Shown piece after piece: positions 30,197 to 39,287 of a stretch of DNA of 64,000 bases. The DNA lies in assembly GCA_009377815.1 (NCBI GenBank), contig WHTI01000001.1, forward strand, positions 20,357 through 84,356. Reading direction: 5' to 3'. A program made the translations under genes and the position numbers. Under the pieces are notes generated by a model. It was not told where the DNA came from and made no database searches. It saw only the letters and a program-made list of their open reading frames with translations. How positions within the stretch are numbered: position 1 is the first letter of the stretch; the number at the start of each line of letters is the position of its first letter. This stretch comes from Actinomycetota bacterium (GTDB lineage Bacteria; Actinomycetota; CADDZG01; WHSQ01).

Positions 30197-30330
30197 CTTC
30201 TGAAGCCTCACGGGGTCGACCTCCCAGCCTCGAGCGGGTGCTGGTCAGCAATTCGACCTCGACGTCCCGAGTCCTGCTTGGTTCGGGAAGTTCGACGTGG
30301 TTTGCGCCGATCCCTGATTCAATCCATGGG

Positions 30331-32172
30331 GTGTTCAAGCATGGGTCGAGGAGGCTCCGGTGGGCGGCGCTCGTGGTCGCCCTCATCGTCGTCGCGCTGG
30401 TGGTCGATGGCGTCTACGTCACGCTCCGCCTCAGGTCGTCCCAGCAGGCCGCGCTCGAGGAACTGGAGGAGGCCCGGGCTGCCTTCGATGCCGAAGACTT
30501 CACCTCGACCGCGGCGAGCCTCTCGAAGGCGAGGGACGCGACCAGCGCGCTCGTGAGTCTGACCGGGCATCCCTCGTTCAGGATCGCCGCACGTCTCCCC
30601 TTCATCGGAGGCGACGCCAGGGCGATCGAGTCCCTCGGTCGTGCCGCCGACCTGTCGGTCCGGGGTGGGGTGCTGCTGGTCGACGCCCTCGATGCGGCGT
30701 CGGACGGGGACCCCGGCTCCCTGGCCGAGTCCGTCTACCGGGACGGCACGGTCCAGTTCGCAGCGATCGATCGCGCCGCTCCGCTGGTGGAGGAGGCGGC
30801 CGCCCTCTTGGCTAGGGCCGAGAGCATCCTTGAGGAGGCTCCCGATCCGAAACTCGGGTCGGTGGAGGAGGCGCTGGAGGATGCCCGTGCGGAGGTCTCC
30901 TCGGCGTCGGTATCGACCCGGCGGGTCGCCGCGCTGATGGATGCCCTTCCATCGCTCTTCGGGCGCGACGGCGTGCGTCGTTACTTCCTCGCCTTCCAAT
31001 CTCCGAGCGAAGCACGCGGGTCCGGAGGGTTCCCCGGCGTCTTCGGGATCCTGAAGGCGGAGGAGGGGCGTTTGAGCCTCGGCGCGGTCCGACCGATCGG
31101 CTCTCTCGGACTGCTGAACTCTCCGGCTTCGGTGCCGGGCTGGTATCGCGATCTCTACAGGGACGTCGGAGCGTTGCGGGATCCTCGCCAGGCCGGTTAC
31201 TCGCCGAACTTCCCCGAGGTCGCGCGCGTGTGGCTCGAGGTCTACGAAGAGAGCACCGGCAACTCCCTCGACGGGGTGATGGCGATGGACCCGATCGTGC
31301 TGTCCGAGATGACCCGCGGTACCGGACCGCTCACCGTCGACGGGTTCGCCGGATCGATCGGGCCCGACAACGCGGTTGAGGCCCTCCTCTACGACAGCTA
31401 CGTCGAGTTCCCCGATCCTGACGATCAGAACCTCTACCTCGCAGCCCTCGTCGATGCCCTATGGCAACGTCTCGGAGCCGGGGATGTGGAGGTCGGACCC
31501 CTCGCCGAGGGGCTCGGCCGGGCCACGAGAGGGCAACATCTGAAGCTGTATTCGGTCGATGACGACGTGCAGGCTGCACTTGCGGACCTCGGGGTCGACG
31601 GCGACTACGCGGCGGTGGGGCCGAACGTGCAGCTCGTTTACGGCAACAACGCCGCCGCCAACAAGGTGGATTACTTCCTCACCCGCACTATCGACACGAT
31701 CGTCGAGCTCGAGTCCGACGGCGACGCGCGCGTAACAACGCGCATCGAGCTGACCAACAACGTTCCGGCCGATGCTCCGCCCTCGATCCTGTTCGGTCCC
31801 GGGGTCGAGGGGGACCGGGCGGGCATCAACGGCATGGTCCTCTATCTCTTGATGCCCGAAGGGAGCCGGCTGACGGGCTCGAGGGTTGACGGCGACCCAA
31901 GCGAGCCATTAGCGGGCCGGGAGGGCGATCACCCGGTCGCTTACGACCTCGTCGAGATCCTCCCCTCGGAAACCTCGATCGTGGAGTTCACCTACCTGGT
32001 GCCGTCGGCGTGGGATGAGAGCGACGGGACCTTCGCCTTCGACCTCTTCCCCCAGGCGACCGCGGTTCCCGACCGGTTCTCCCTGGAGGTCCGTCCGCCC
32101 GCCGGACCGGCGCTGGTCCGCAGCGGCATCCTGGACCGGACGATCTCGGTCCGGGCAACGTTCGGGAACTGA
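30331..32172 (+). CDS. DUF4012-like membrane-anchored protein, paralog B
   Basis: The ORF is open from 30238. GTG 30331 is chosen because it lies just before the TM helix 'RLRWAALVVALIVVALVVDGV', as in paralog A. 'YFLAFQSPSEARGSGGFPGVFGIL' and 'LDGVMAMDPIVLSEM'. Confidence 0.8.
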   Translation: MFKHGSRRLRWAALVVALIVVALVVDGVYVTLRLRSSQQAALEELEEARAAFDAEDFTSTAASLSKARDATSALVSLTGHPSFRIAARLPFIGGDARAIESLGRAADLSVRGGVLLVDALDAASDGDPGSLAESVYRDGTVQFAAIDRAAPLVEEAAALLARAESILEEAPDPKLGSVEEALEDARAEVSSASVSTRRVAALMDALPSLFGRDGVRRYFLAFQSPSEARGSGGFPGVFGILKAEEGRLSLGAVRPIGSLGLLNSPASVPGWYRDLYRDVGALRDPRQAGYSPNFPEVARVWLEVYEESTGNSLDGVMAMDPIVLSEMTRGTGPLTVDGFAGSIGPDNAVEALLYDSYVEFPDPDDQNLYLAALVDALWQRLGAGDVEVGPLAEGLGRATRGQHLKLYSVDDDVQAALADLGVDGDYAAVGPNVQLVYGNNAAANKVDYFLTRTIDTIVELESDGDARVTTRIELTNNVPADAPPSILFGPGVEGDRAGINGMVLYLLMPEGSRLTGSRVDGDPSEPLAGREGDHPVAYDLVEILPSETSIVEFTYLVPSAWDESDGTFAFDLFPQATAVPDRFSLEVRPPAGPALVRSGILDRTISVRATFGN

Positions 32173-32271
32173 TCGGGAACATCCGGAAATTCCTTCGTCA
32201 CCCGGCAGGAAACCAAGCACTTTCGTCCAATACAAGCTTCACATAACGCGGCGGGCGAAGGACGTGGGGCT

Positions 32272-33117
32272 ATGCGGGCAGATCGTGCGGGCCTCGGTTC
32301 TTGGTATGGGGAGATCCTCACCGAGAACCGCCTTGGGCATGCTCCGGCCCGAGTCCCGACCCCCTCCTACCGGGTCCTCGGCACCTCGATCGCCGCCGTC
32401 GATCCCGCCCGGGCCGTCGCTCACGTCGAGGGTATGGTCCGGTCCCGCAGCCGGGGGACCATCGCCTTCTGCACCGCCTCTACCGTCCTCGCCGCACGCC
32501 GGGATCCCGATCTCCGCCGGGCGCTGACGAACTCCTCGCTGGTCAATCCGGACGGGATGCCGCTCGTGTGGCTCGGCCGCCGAGCTGGGGTCGAGCTCGA
32601 TCGTGTCTACGGGCCCGATTTCATGCTGGATCTGTTCGCGGCGACCGGATCATCGCTCCGTCACTACTTCTACGGCGGAACCCCGGGTGTGGTCGACGCG
32701 CTGGTCGAGCAATTGAGCGAGCGTTTCCCCGAGATCCAGATCGTCGGGTCCCACACTCCGGAGTTCGGATTGACCGGACGTGATGTCATCGAGGCGGACG
32801 TTGCCCGCATCAACGCCGCGGCGCCCGACATCGTTTGGATCGGTCTCGGACATCCCAAGCAAGAACTCTGGATGGAAACCCACGTGGCGAAGCTGGATGC
32901 CTCGGTCCTCGCGGGGGTCGGGGCTGCGTTCGACTACCTCTCCGGCACCAAGAAGGAAGCGCCCGAGTGGATGAAGCGCTCGGGACTCCAATGGATGCAC
33001 CGGCTGGGATCGGAACCGCGCCGTCTGTGGAAGCGCTACCTCGTGGGCAACTCGACGTTCGTGGCGTTGCTCGTCGCCGAATGGGTCCGCACGGGACGGA
33101 TGGCCCATGTGGACTGA
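32272..33117 (+). CDS. WecB/TagA/CpsF-family glycosyltransferase (ManNAc-transferase type)
   Basis: 'VNPDGMPLVWLGRRAG', 'GHPKQELWM' and 'PEWMKRSGLQWMHRL' are family signatures. 11-nt overlap with the next gene. Confidence 0.85.
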   Translation: MRADRAGLGSWYGEILTENRLGHAPARVPTPSYRVLGTSIAAVDPARAVAHVEGMVRSRSRGTIAFCTASTVLAARRDPDLRRALTNSSLVNPDGMPLVWLGRRAGVELDRVYGPDFMLDLFAATGSSLRHYFYGGTPGVVDALVEQLSERFPEIQIVGSHTPEFGLTGRDVIEADVARINAAAPDIVWIGLGHPKQELWMETHVAKLDASVLAGVGAAFDYLSGTKKEAPEWMKRSGLQWMHRLGSEPRRLWKRYLVGNSTFVALLVAEWVRTGRMAHVD

Positions 33118-34219
33118 CGTCGGAGCGCTGCTACTCATAGCCACGGTGGCGTTCGGGACCACCGCTGCTCTCACGCCGGTGGTGCGATGGGTTGCTCTCC
33201 GAGGCGGCATGTCGGACGATCCCAGCCGACGGAGGTTGCATCAGGTCACGACGCCAACGATGGGTGGGATCGCGATCCTCGCCGGTTGGCTCCTCGCCAC
33301 CGCGATCTCCGGCCGGGGAGGCGATCTCTGGGCGCTGCTCGTCTGCGCCGGGGCTCTCGGCGTCATGGGATTCATCGACGACCGCTTCCATCTCGACGAG
33401 CACCTGCGGCTGGTTCTCCAGGTTCTCATCGCCGGCTTCGCGTGGGGGCATGGCTTCGGCCTCGAACTCTTCGGAACTCCCGGACTCAACCTGATCGTGT
33501 CGCTCTTGTGGTTGGTTGGGATCACCAACGCGTTCAACTTCATGGACAACATGGATGGCCTGGCATCCGGAGCCGGAGCCGTGGCCGCTACGACCCTGGC
33601 CGCGCTGGGTCTGTTCGCCGGAGACATCGGGATCGCGTTCGTCGCCATCGCACTCGCCGGTGCGCTGGCCGGTTTCCTGCCGCACAACTTCCACCCGGCG
33701 CGCATCTTCATGGGCGATACCGGCAGCCTCCCGCTGGGCTTCGCACTCGCGGCGCTCGGGGCGCGCCTATCGACCGACGGGCTCCACCCGTTCGTGGCGA
33801 CCGCCATCCCGGTGGCGGTGCTCGGGATCTTCGTTTTCGACACCTCGCTGATGGCGATCGGAAGGGTTATCCGTCGAGAACCGGTGATCGGCGCCCGGAT
33901 GGACCACACCTCGCATCGACTGTTGGGCACGGGTCTTCCGGTGCGGGCCGTGGCGTTGCGGTTGTATCTGGTTTCGGTTCTCTACTCGACGATCGGCCTG
34001 TCGCTGGCGCTCCTGCCGGCCCAGTGGGCGGTCGCCGTCTGCACGGCAACGTTCGTGGGTAGCGCCCAGGTACTGCTCCGCCTGCTACCGCTTCCGGCCC
34101 TGGTGCGCGAGGGCGATGCTCTGGTTCCGGTGGCCGAACCCACGCCCCGGATGCCACGTTTCCGCCTGTCCGACGCCATCGAGCCGATCACCCTGTCCGA
34201 GGACGCCCTGATCGACTAG
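33107..34219 (+). CDS. MraY/WecA-family polyprenyl-phosphate HexNAc-1-phosphate transferase
   Basis: 'TPTMGGIAILAG', 'NAFNFMDNMDGLASG' and 'FMGDTGSLPLGF'. About 10 TM helices. Confidence 0.9.
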   Translation: MWTDVGALLLIATVAFGTTAALTPVVRWVALRGGMSDDPSRRRLHQVTTPTMGGIAILAGWLLATAISGRGGDLWALLVCAGALGVMGFIDDRFHLDEHLRLVLQVLIAGFAWGHGFGLELFGTPGLNLIVSLLWLVGITNAFNFMDNMDGLASGAGAVAATTLAALGLFAGDIGIAFVAIALAGALAGFLPHNFHPARIFMGDTGSLPLGFALAALGARLSTDGLHPFVATAIPVAVLGIFVFDTSLMAIGRVIRREPVIGARMDHTSHRLLGTGLPVRAVALRLYLVSVLYSTIGLSLALLPAQWAVAVCTATFVGSAQVLLRLLPLPALVREGDALVPVAEPTPRMPRFRLSDAIEPITLSEDALID

Positions 34220-34249
34220 CCCCCTACGGGGTGTCCGGTTTCGCAGTGA

Positions 34250-35737
34250 TTGCGTATTTACTTCGATTGGTCTTATGCCGACATTAGAGGGGTGAGAGGA
34301 GAGGATCGGGGCCGTCCGGCACGGTTGATCGGGGCGCTATGTGGCGCCCTTCTCGCGTTGACCCTCGCCCCGGCCGCCTCGGCCCAGGTGCTCCCCGATC
34401 TGCCCGAGTTCCCGGATCTCTGCGTCCCGGTCCCGCCCGGCGCCGACCTCCCCACGCTGGTCGACGCCTCACTGCCCGGCCAGAGCTTCTGCCTCGATGC
34501 CGGGCTCCACAGGGTCTCCAGGACGATCCGCCCGAAGGCCGACCAGAGTTTCATCGGCGCCCCCGGCGCGGTGCTCTCCGGCGCGATCTCCGTTGTTGGA
34601 TTCACCTCGACCTCGGGAGCGTTCTCCGCTCCCGCGCCCATCGTCGAACCGGTGATGCGTGGGGAGTGCCGGGATGCAACCTCCGGTCTCTGCCGCATCC
34701 CCAACACCGTGTTCGTGGACGACGTCCCGATGGTCCCGGCGCCCTCGCTCGACGAACTCGATGCCGGCGAGTCGTTCCTCGACTACGACACCGCGGCGCT
34801 CTACCTCGCCGAGGAGCCGGCGGGTTCCGAGGTCGAGGTGGCCTCGACGCCATTCGCCTTCTACGGCATCAATCTCGGAACCGGGACGCCCGGGGTGTCG
34901 ATCTCGGGCCTGGTGATCGAGAAGTTCGCCAACCTCGCCCAGTCCGGAGCCATCTCGACCTACACCGGCACCGACTGGCGGATCGAAGACAACGAGATCC
35001 GCCTCAATCATGGGTGCGGCATTTGGTCGGGTAGCGGAGCCGTGGTGAGCGGTAACTACGTCCATCACAACGGTCAGCTCGGACTCTGCGGTCAGGGCGA
35101 CTCGATCCTGGTCGAGAACAACGAGATCTCCTTCAACAACAACAAGGGGTTCGATCCGCGCTGGGAGGCCGGCGGTTCGAAGTGGGTCAACACCACCGAC
35201 CTGATCGTCCGCGGCAACCACTCGCACAACAACTACGGTCCCGGCCTCTGGACCGACATAAACAACCTGGACGTTCTCTACGACGGGAACCTGATCGAGT
35301 TCAACGAGAACGAAGGCATCCTCCACGAGATCTCCTACCGCGCCGTGATCCGCGGCAACACGATCCGGCGAAACGGACTCACCGCGTCGAAGGGCGTCGC
35401 CGGCTCCGGGATCACGATCTCAACGTCACGAGACGTGACCGTGACCGGCAACCGCATCGCCAAGAACCGCAACGGCATCCTGCTCCGCTCCGACGACCGA
35501 GGAACCGGAACGCACGGCCTCTATCTCCTCGAGAACGTCCGGGTCGCCGCCAACCGCATCCGCATGACCCGAGGCTTCACCGGCGTTCTGGGATCCGCAG
35601 CAGGCTCCTCGGTGTACTCAGGCGTCACGTTCGAAAACAACACCTACCGGGTGGGCAAGAAGAAGAAGGCCTTCCGGTGGCGAGATCGCATGCTCACCCT
35701 CCGGGGCTGGCGATCCCAAGGCAACGACCGCCCCTGA
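34250..35737 (+). CDS. secreted right-handed beta-helix repeat protein (possible glycan lyase/hydrolase/epimerase)
   Basis: Signal 'GALLALTLAPAASA|Q'. Repeated 'NxIxxNxxxGI' turns, e.g. 'GNYVHHNGQLGLCG', 'NNEISFNNNKGF', 'GNHSHNNYGPGLW', 'GNLIEFNENEGI'. Start uncertain: 34250, or GTG 34292. Confidence 0.7.
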   Translation: MRIYFDWSYADIRGVRGEDRGRPARLIGALCGALLALTLAPAASAQVLPDLPEFPDLCVPVPPGADLPTLVDASLPGQSFCLDAGLHRVSRTIRPKADQSFIGAPGAVLSGAISVVGFTSTSGAFSAPAPIVEPVMRGECRDATSGLCRIPNTVFVDDVPMVPAPSLDELDAGESFLDYDTAALYLAEEPAGSEVEVASTPFAFYGINLGTGTPGVSISGLVIEKFANLAQSGAISTYTGTDWRIEDNEIRLNHGCGIWSGSGAVVSGNYVHHNGQLGLCGQGDSILVENNEISFNNNKGFDPRWEAGGSKWVNTTDLIVRGNHSHNNYGPGLWTDINNLDVLYDGNLIEFNENEGILHEISYRAVIRGNTIRRNGLTASKGVAGSGITISTSRDVTVTGNRIAKNRNGILLRSDDRGTGTHGLYLLENVRVAANRIRMTRGFTGVLGSAAGSSVYSGVTFENNTYRVGKKKKAFRWRDRMLTLRGWRSQGNDRP

Positions 35738-35861
35738 TGCTTCAGGCTCTCAGCCACTGGTGATCCGTCCGGACCGAAAAAAGTTCAGAAATCTTCGACG
35801 ATCGCCTCGAAATGGCCCGTTTCGGGCGTCTCGTGTCACACCCCCTCGTCAGAATGAAGGG

Positions 35862-37055
35862 ATGAAAACCACCCACGAGGCCCGCGCGGTCGAGTCTCTG
35901 AAGAAGGCGAACTCGGAGCTCGAGCCGGACCTAATCTCCATCCCCGAGGCCAAGGCACGTATGAAGGACTTCATCCAGGCCCAGCGCCTGGCCGCCTTCG
36001 GGGTCGCCGCTCTGGCAGGCAAGATCGACGACGCCGAGTCCCTCGCGCGAGCTACCGGCACCTCGATAGGCAAGGCCAAGGAAACCCTGGCGACGAGCGA
36101 AGTCCTGGCCAGCTCCGCGCCGTTGAACGCAGCTCTACGCAGCGGCGAGGTGTCCTTGGATCAAGCAACCGAGATCGCTCGCGCCGAAGGTGCCGCTCCC
36201 GGCTCCGCCAAGGAGCTCCTCAAGGTCGCTAAGAAGGAGTCGTTCCACGTGCTGAGGGACGAGGCCCGCAGGACCAAGCTCGAAGCCGAGCAGCACCAGG
36301 GCCTGGCGGAGCGACAGCGGAAGGCCCGGCGGTCTTCGCATCACGCCGACGAACTCGGCATGGTCAACGTCCACCTGTCATTCGAGCCTCACATCGGAGC
36401 ACCAATCATGACTCGTGCCGAAGCCGGGGCGGAGAGGTTGGCCCGAGCCGCCAAGAAGGCAGGCGGCGAGGTGGAACCCTTCGAGCGCTATCTCGCCGAT
36501 GCCTACGCCGAACTGATCGAGGGATCGGGCAAGGGACGGGCCAAGCGCCCCGAGCTGGTGATCCTGGTCAGCCACGAGGTCGCCACGCGCGGATGGACCG
36601 AGGTTCGCAAGGGCGAGGTGTGCAAGATCCCCGGAATCGGCCCGGTAGCTCCCGAGATCGCCAAGGAGATCGCCAAAGATGCGTTCCTCAACGGCGTGTT
36701 CTACGACGGAAAGGACCTCCGTCACTTCAAGCGCTGGGGACGCTCCACCCCGGTCGAGATCAGCGTCGCCCTGGAGTTGGGCAAGGCTCCCGAGTTCAAG
36801 GGCGTCCGGTGCGTCGACTGCGGCAACAGCTTCAGGCCCCAGTTCGACCACATCGAACCGGTCGCCGCGCGGGGACCAACCGCACACTTCAACTTCGACC
36901 CGCGCTGCGACCCCTGCCACAAAGCCAAGACCGCCCGCGACCGGCGCGCCGGGAAACTCAAACCCAAGACCAAACCCAAGGCGGCGACGAGAAAACCCAA
37001 AGCCACGACCACCCGCACCCGCCGCAGCGCCACGGCGAACCCGAACGCCCCCTAG
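35862..37055 (+). CDS. DUF222-HNH endonuclease (13E12-repeat-like selfish gene)
   Basis: Start at ATG 35862, after GAAGGG. The long helical N-terminus and 'CVDCGNSFRPQFDHIEPVAARGPTAHFNFDPRCDPCHKAKT' (HNH Cys/His pattern) match actinobacterial DUF222-HNH proteins. Lys/Thr/Pro-rich basic tail. Confidence 0.8.
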   Translation: MKTTHEARAVESLKKANSELEPDLISIPEAKARMKDFIQAQRLAAFGVAALAGKIDDAESLARATGTSIGKAKETLATSEVLASSAPLNAALRSGEVSLDQATEIARAEGAAPGSAKELLKVAKKESFHVLRDEARRTKLEAEQHQGLAERQRKARRSSHHADELGMVNVHLSFEPHIGAPIMTRAEAGAERLARAAKKAGGEVEPFERYLADAYAELIEGSGKGRAKRPELVILVSHEVATRGWTEVRKGEVCKIPGIGPVAPEIAKEIAKDAFLNGVFYDGKDLRHFKRWGRSTPVEISVALELGKAPEFKGVRCVDCGNSFRPQFDHIEPVAARGPTAHFNFDPRCDPCHKAKTARDRRAGKLKPKTKPKAATRKPKATTTRTRRSATANPNAP

Positions 37056-37284
37056 TAGATCGCGCCGGTTTCCAGACAAGCGGAGCGAGCCCCCCGAGGC
37101 CGCGCCCGGAACCGATCCGCAAGGCCCGGAACGAAGCGGGCCCCCGGAGCGAACCCTCAAAACGCTCTGGGTGAGCGGAGCGGGGGCCGCTTGCTACCGG
37201 AGCCGGCCCCAGGTTCCGGCGAGCCACGACCCAGGGAGGCGGAGCGGAAGGGATTGGGCCCCCGCCGCCGTATCTCCCCTTCAA

Positions 37285-38097
37285 ATGGCGCAGACCGTCA
37301 TCTTCCTGCACGTCCCACGCACGGCCGGGACCTCGTTGGGGAGCATCCTCGGACGGCAGTACCCGAAAGGGTCGATCTACCGGGGTGGCCTCCTCAAGGA
37401 TGAGGACCTGGCGTCTTTCCGCGCGCTCGATGAGGGCCGGAGGGAAAGCCTGGCCCTGGTCGACGGCCACATGCTGTTCGGCCTCCACGAAGACATCCCC
37501 GGGGATTCGACCTACATCACGTTCCTTCGGTCTCCGGTTGATCGGGTGGTCTCGTATTTCTTCTATCTGAAGCGGCGGCCCCAGACACCGCTCAACAAGA
37601 GGATCGAATCGCAGAACCTCGATCTCCGAGCGTTCGTTGAACGAGCTGAAGCGCGTCTTCACACCCACGATGGAGCCACCAGGATGATCTCGGGCGGGGG
37701 TCTGGACGCGTTCGAGGAGGATCCGGACGGGATGCTGGAACGTGCGAAGGCCAACCTCGAGGCGTCGTTCTCATGTGTTGGATTGTCCGAACGCTTCGAC
37801 GAGTCCGTCCTTCTTCTGAAGGCGGAGCTCGGGTGGTCCCGGCCCGTGATGTACGCACGCAAGAACGTCACCGCGGCGCGTACGTCCCTCGATGATCTGA
37901 GCTCGGCGGAGCGTACCGCGATCGAACAGGTGAACCAGCACGACATGGAGCTGTACGAGTTCGCCAAGTCGTTGTTCGAACGGCGACTCGCGGCGCACAC
38001 GACGATCGACAGCGAGATCGCGCGGCTGCGGAGGATGAACGCCTTCTACCGACCGGCAGCCGGAGCGAAGGCTAGGGTCCTGGGCAGGGTCCGGTGA
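37285..38097 (+). CDS. sulfotransferase family protein (ST1)
   Basis: Start at ATG 37285. The longer ORF from 36679 overlaps the HNH gene and looks non-coding there. 5'-PSB-like 'FLHVPRTAGTS' and 3'-PB-like 'FLRSPVDRVVSYFFY' PAPS-binding motifs. Confidence 0.75.
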   Translation: MAQTVIFLHVPRTAGTSLGSILGRQYPKGSIYRGGLLKDEDLASFRALDEGRRESLALVDGHMLFGLHEDIPGDSTYITFLRSPVDRVVSYFFYLKRRPQTPLNKRIESQNLDLRAFVERAEARLHTHDGATRMISGGGLDAFEEDPDGMLERAKANLEASFSCVGLSERFDESVLLLKAELGWSRPVMYARKNVTAARTSLDDLSSAERTAIEQVNQHDMELYEFAKSLFERRLAAHTTIDSEIARLRRMNAFYRPAAGAKARVLGRVR

Positions 38098-39287
38098 GGC
38101 TGCTGGCGACCGCGTACGCGTGCGAGCCGAACCGAGGCTCGGAGCCGGGGGCGGGCTGGGCATTGGCGCGTTCCCTCGCGTCGTTCGCGGACACACACGT
38201 GATCACACGCACCGGCTACCGGGAGGCGATCGAGGCTGAGCTGCCGCACATCCCCGAGCGCGACTCGCTGCACTTCCACTACGTGCAGCTGCCGCGCCGG
38301 GCGGCGTTCTACAAGAAAGGTCAACGAGGGATCCGTCTCCACTACATATTGTGGCTCCGGGCGGCACACGCGGTAGCCAACGAATTGTCCGGCCGGCACG
38401 ACTTCGACGCTGCGTGGCACCTCACGATGGCGAACGCATGGCTCGGCTCTCCCGGGGGTCCGGATGGGATGCCGTTCATCTATGGCCCCGTCGGCGGAGG
38501 AGTGGTGCCGCCGGCCGGGCTGTTGCTCTCGCTCGGGCCGCGGGGCATGGCCTACGAAGGGACGCGTCTCGCCATGCGCGCAGGCTTCCGTTATCTGAAC
38601 CCCATGGCGCGGTCGGCCGTGAAGAGAAGCTCTGCCGTGTTGGTGCAGAATCCGGATACCGCCGCGTTCCTCCCTCGCAAACAACGAGGCAAAGCTCTCG
38701 TGTTCCAGAATGCACTGTTCCCGGGGAACCCTCCGGGCACTCGTCCCTCTGGCAGTCGTCCACGCGTTGCGTTGTTCGCGTCTCGACTGCTCGCGTGGAA
38801 GGGAGCGCATCTCGCCGTGGGCGCGCTTGAGTACGCTCCGGCCTGGCGGTTGATCATCTGCGGGGACGGACCAGACGGAGCGCGTCTGCGGCGCATCGTC
38901 GAACGTTCGCCGGCGCGGGAGCGCATCGAGCTCCGCGGCGCGGTGAGCCGGGACGAGGTGCTGCGCACGATGCGTGAGGAAGCCGGAGCATTCATCCTCC
39001 CCAGCCTCCACGACGACTCTCCGCTGGCGGTCGCCGAGGCGGTTGCCTCCGGACTTCCGGTCGTATGCCTTGACCGGGGTGGTCCGCCGATCGTTGCCGG
39101 AGGGGCGGGGATCGCGGTGGAGGCCGCCGGTCGGCGCGTGACCGAGCAGCGTCTGGCGAACGCGCTCGAGGCATCGCTGGATCTCGAGATCCCCACCGAT
39201 GAGGCGGCGCGGTTGTCACTGGCACAGGCGAGTGATCGCCTCGCAAGCATCGTCAAATCGGTGCTCAGGGAACCGGCTCCCGCATGA
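38094..39287 (+). CDS. glycosyltransferase family 4 (GT-B)
   Basis: 'RLLATAYACEPNRGSEPGAGW' N-terminus, typical of one GT4 subgroup. C-terminal 'LPSLHDDSPLAVAEAVASGLPVV' (E-x7-E region). GTGA overlap with ST1. Confidence 0.8.
   Translation: MRLLATAYACEPNRGSEPGAGWALARSLASFADTHVITRTGYREAIEAELPHIPERDSLHFHYVQLPRRAAFYKKGQRGIRLHYILWLRAAHAVANELSGRHDFDAAWHLTMANAWLGSPGGPDGMPFIYGPVGGGVVPPAGLLLSLGPRGMAYEGTRLAMRAGFRYLNPMARSAVKRSSAVLVQNPDTAAFLPRKQRGKALVFQNALFPGNPPGTRPSGSRPRVALFASRLLAWKGAHLAVGALEYAPAWRLIICGDGPDGARLRRIVERSPARERIELRGAVSRDEVLRTMREEAGAFILPSLHDDSPLAVAEAVASGLPVVCLDRGGPPIVAGGAGIAVEAAGRRVTEQRLANALEASLDLEIPTDEAARLSLAQASDRLASIVKSVLREPAPA

Noticed and set aside
36679-37284. N-terminal extensions of real genes in the ORF track. 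Examples: 36679-38097 (472 aa), 46097-48133 (678 aa), 47995-49092, 50290-51261, 55291-56385, 40303-41442, 42214-43200 and 19267-20301.
   Set aside because: The upstream parts overlap the preceding gene out of frame and read as Arg/Pro-rich nonsense. Internal starts that overlap the previous stop (ATGA/GTGA/TGATG), or that follow an SD, give N-termini matching the family consensus.
37056-37284. Four occurrences of CGGAGCG[AG] in the 229-bp spacer between the HNH gene and ST1.
   Set aside because: The motif is short and G/C-rich, spacing is irregular, and this is expected by chance at this base composition.
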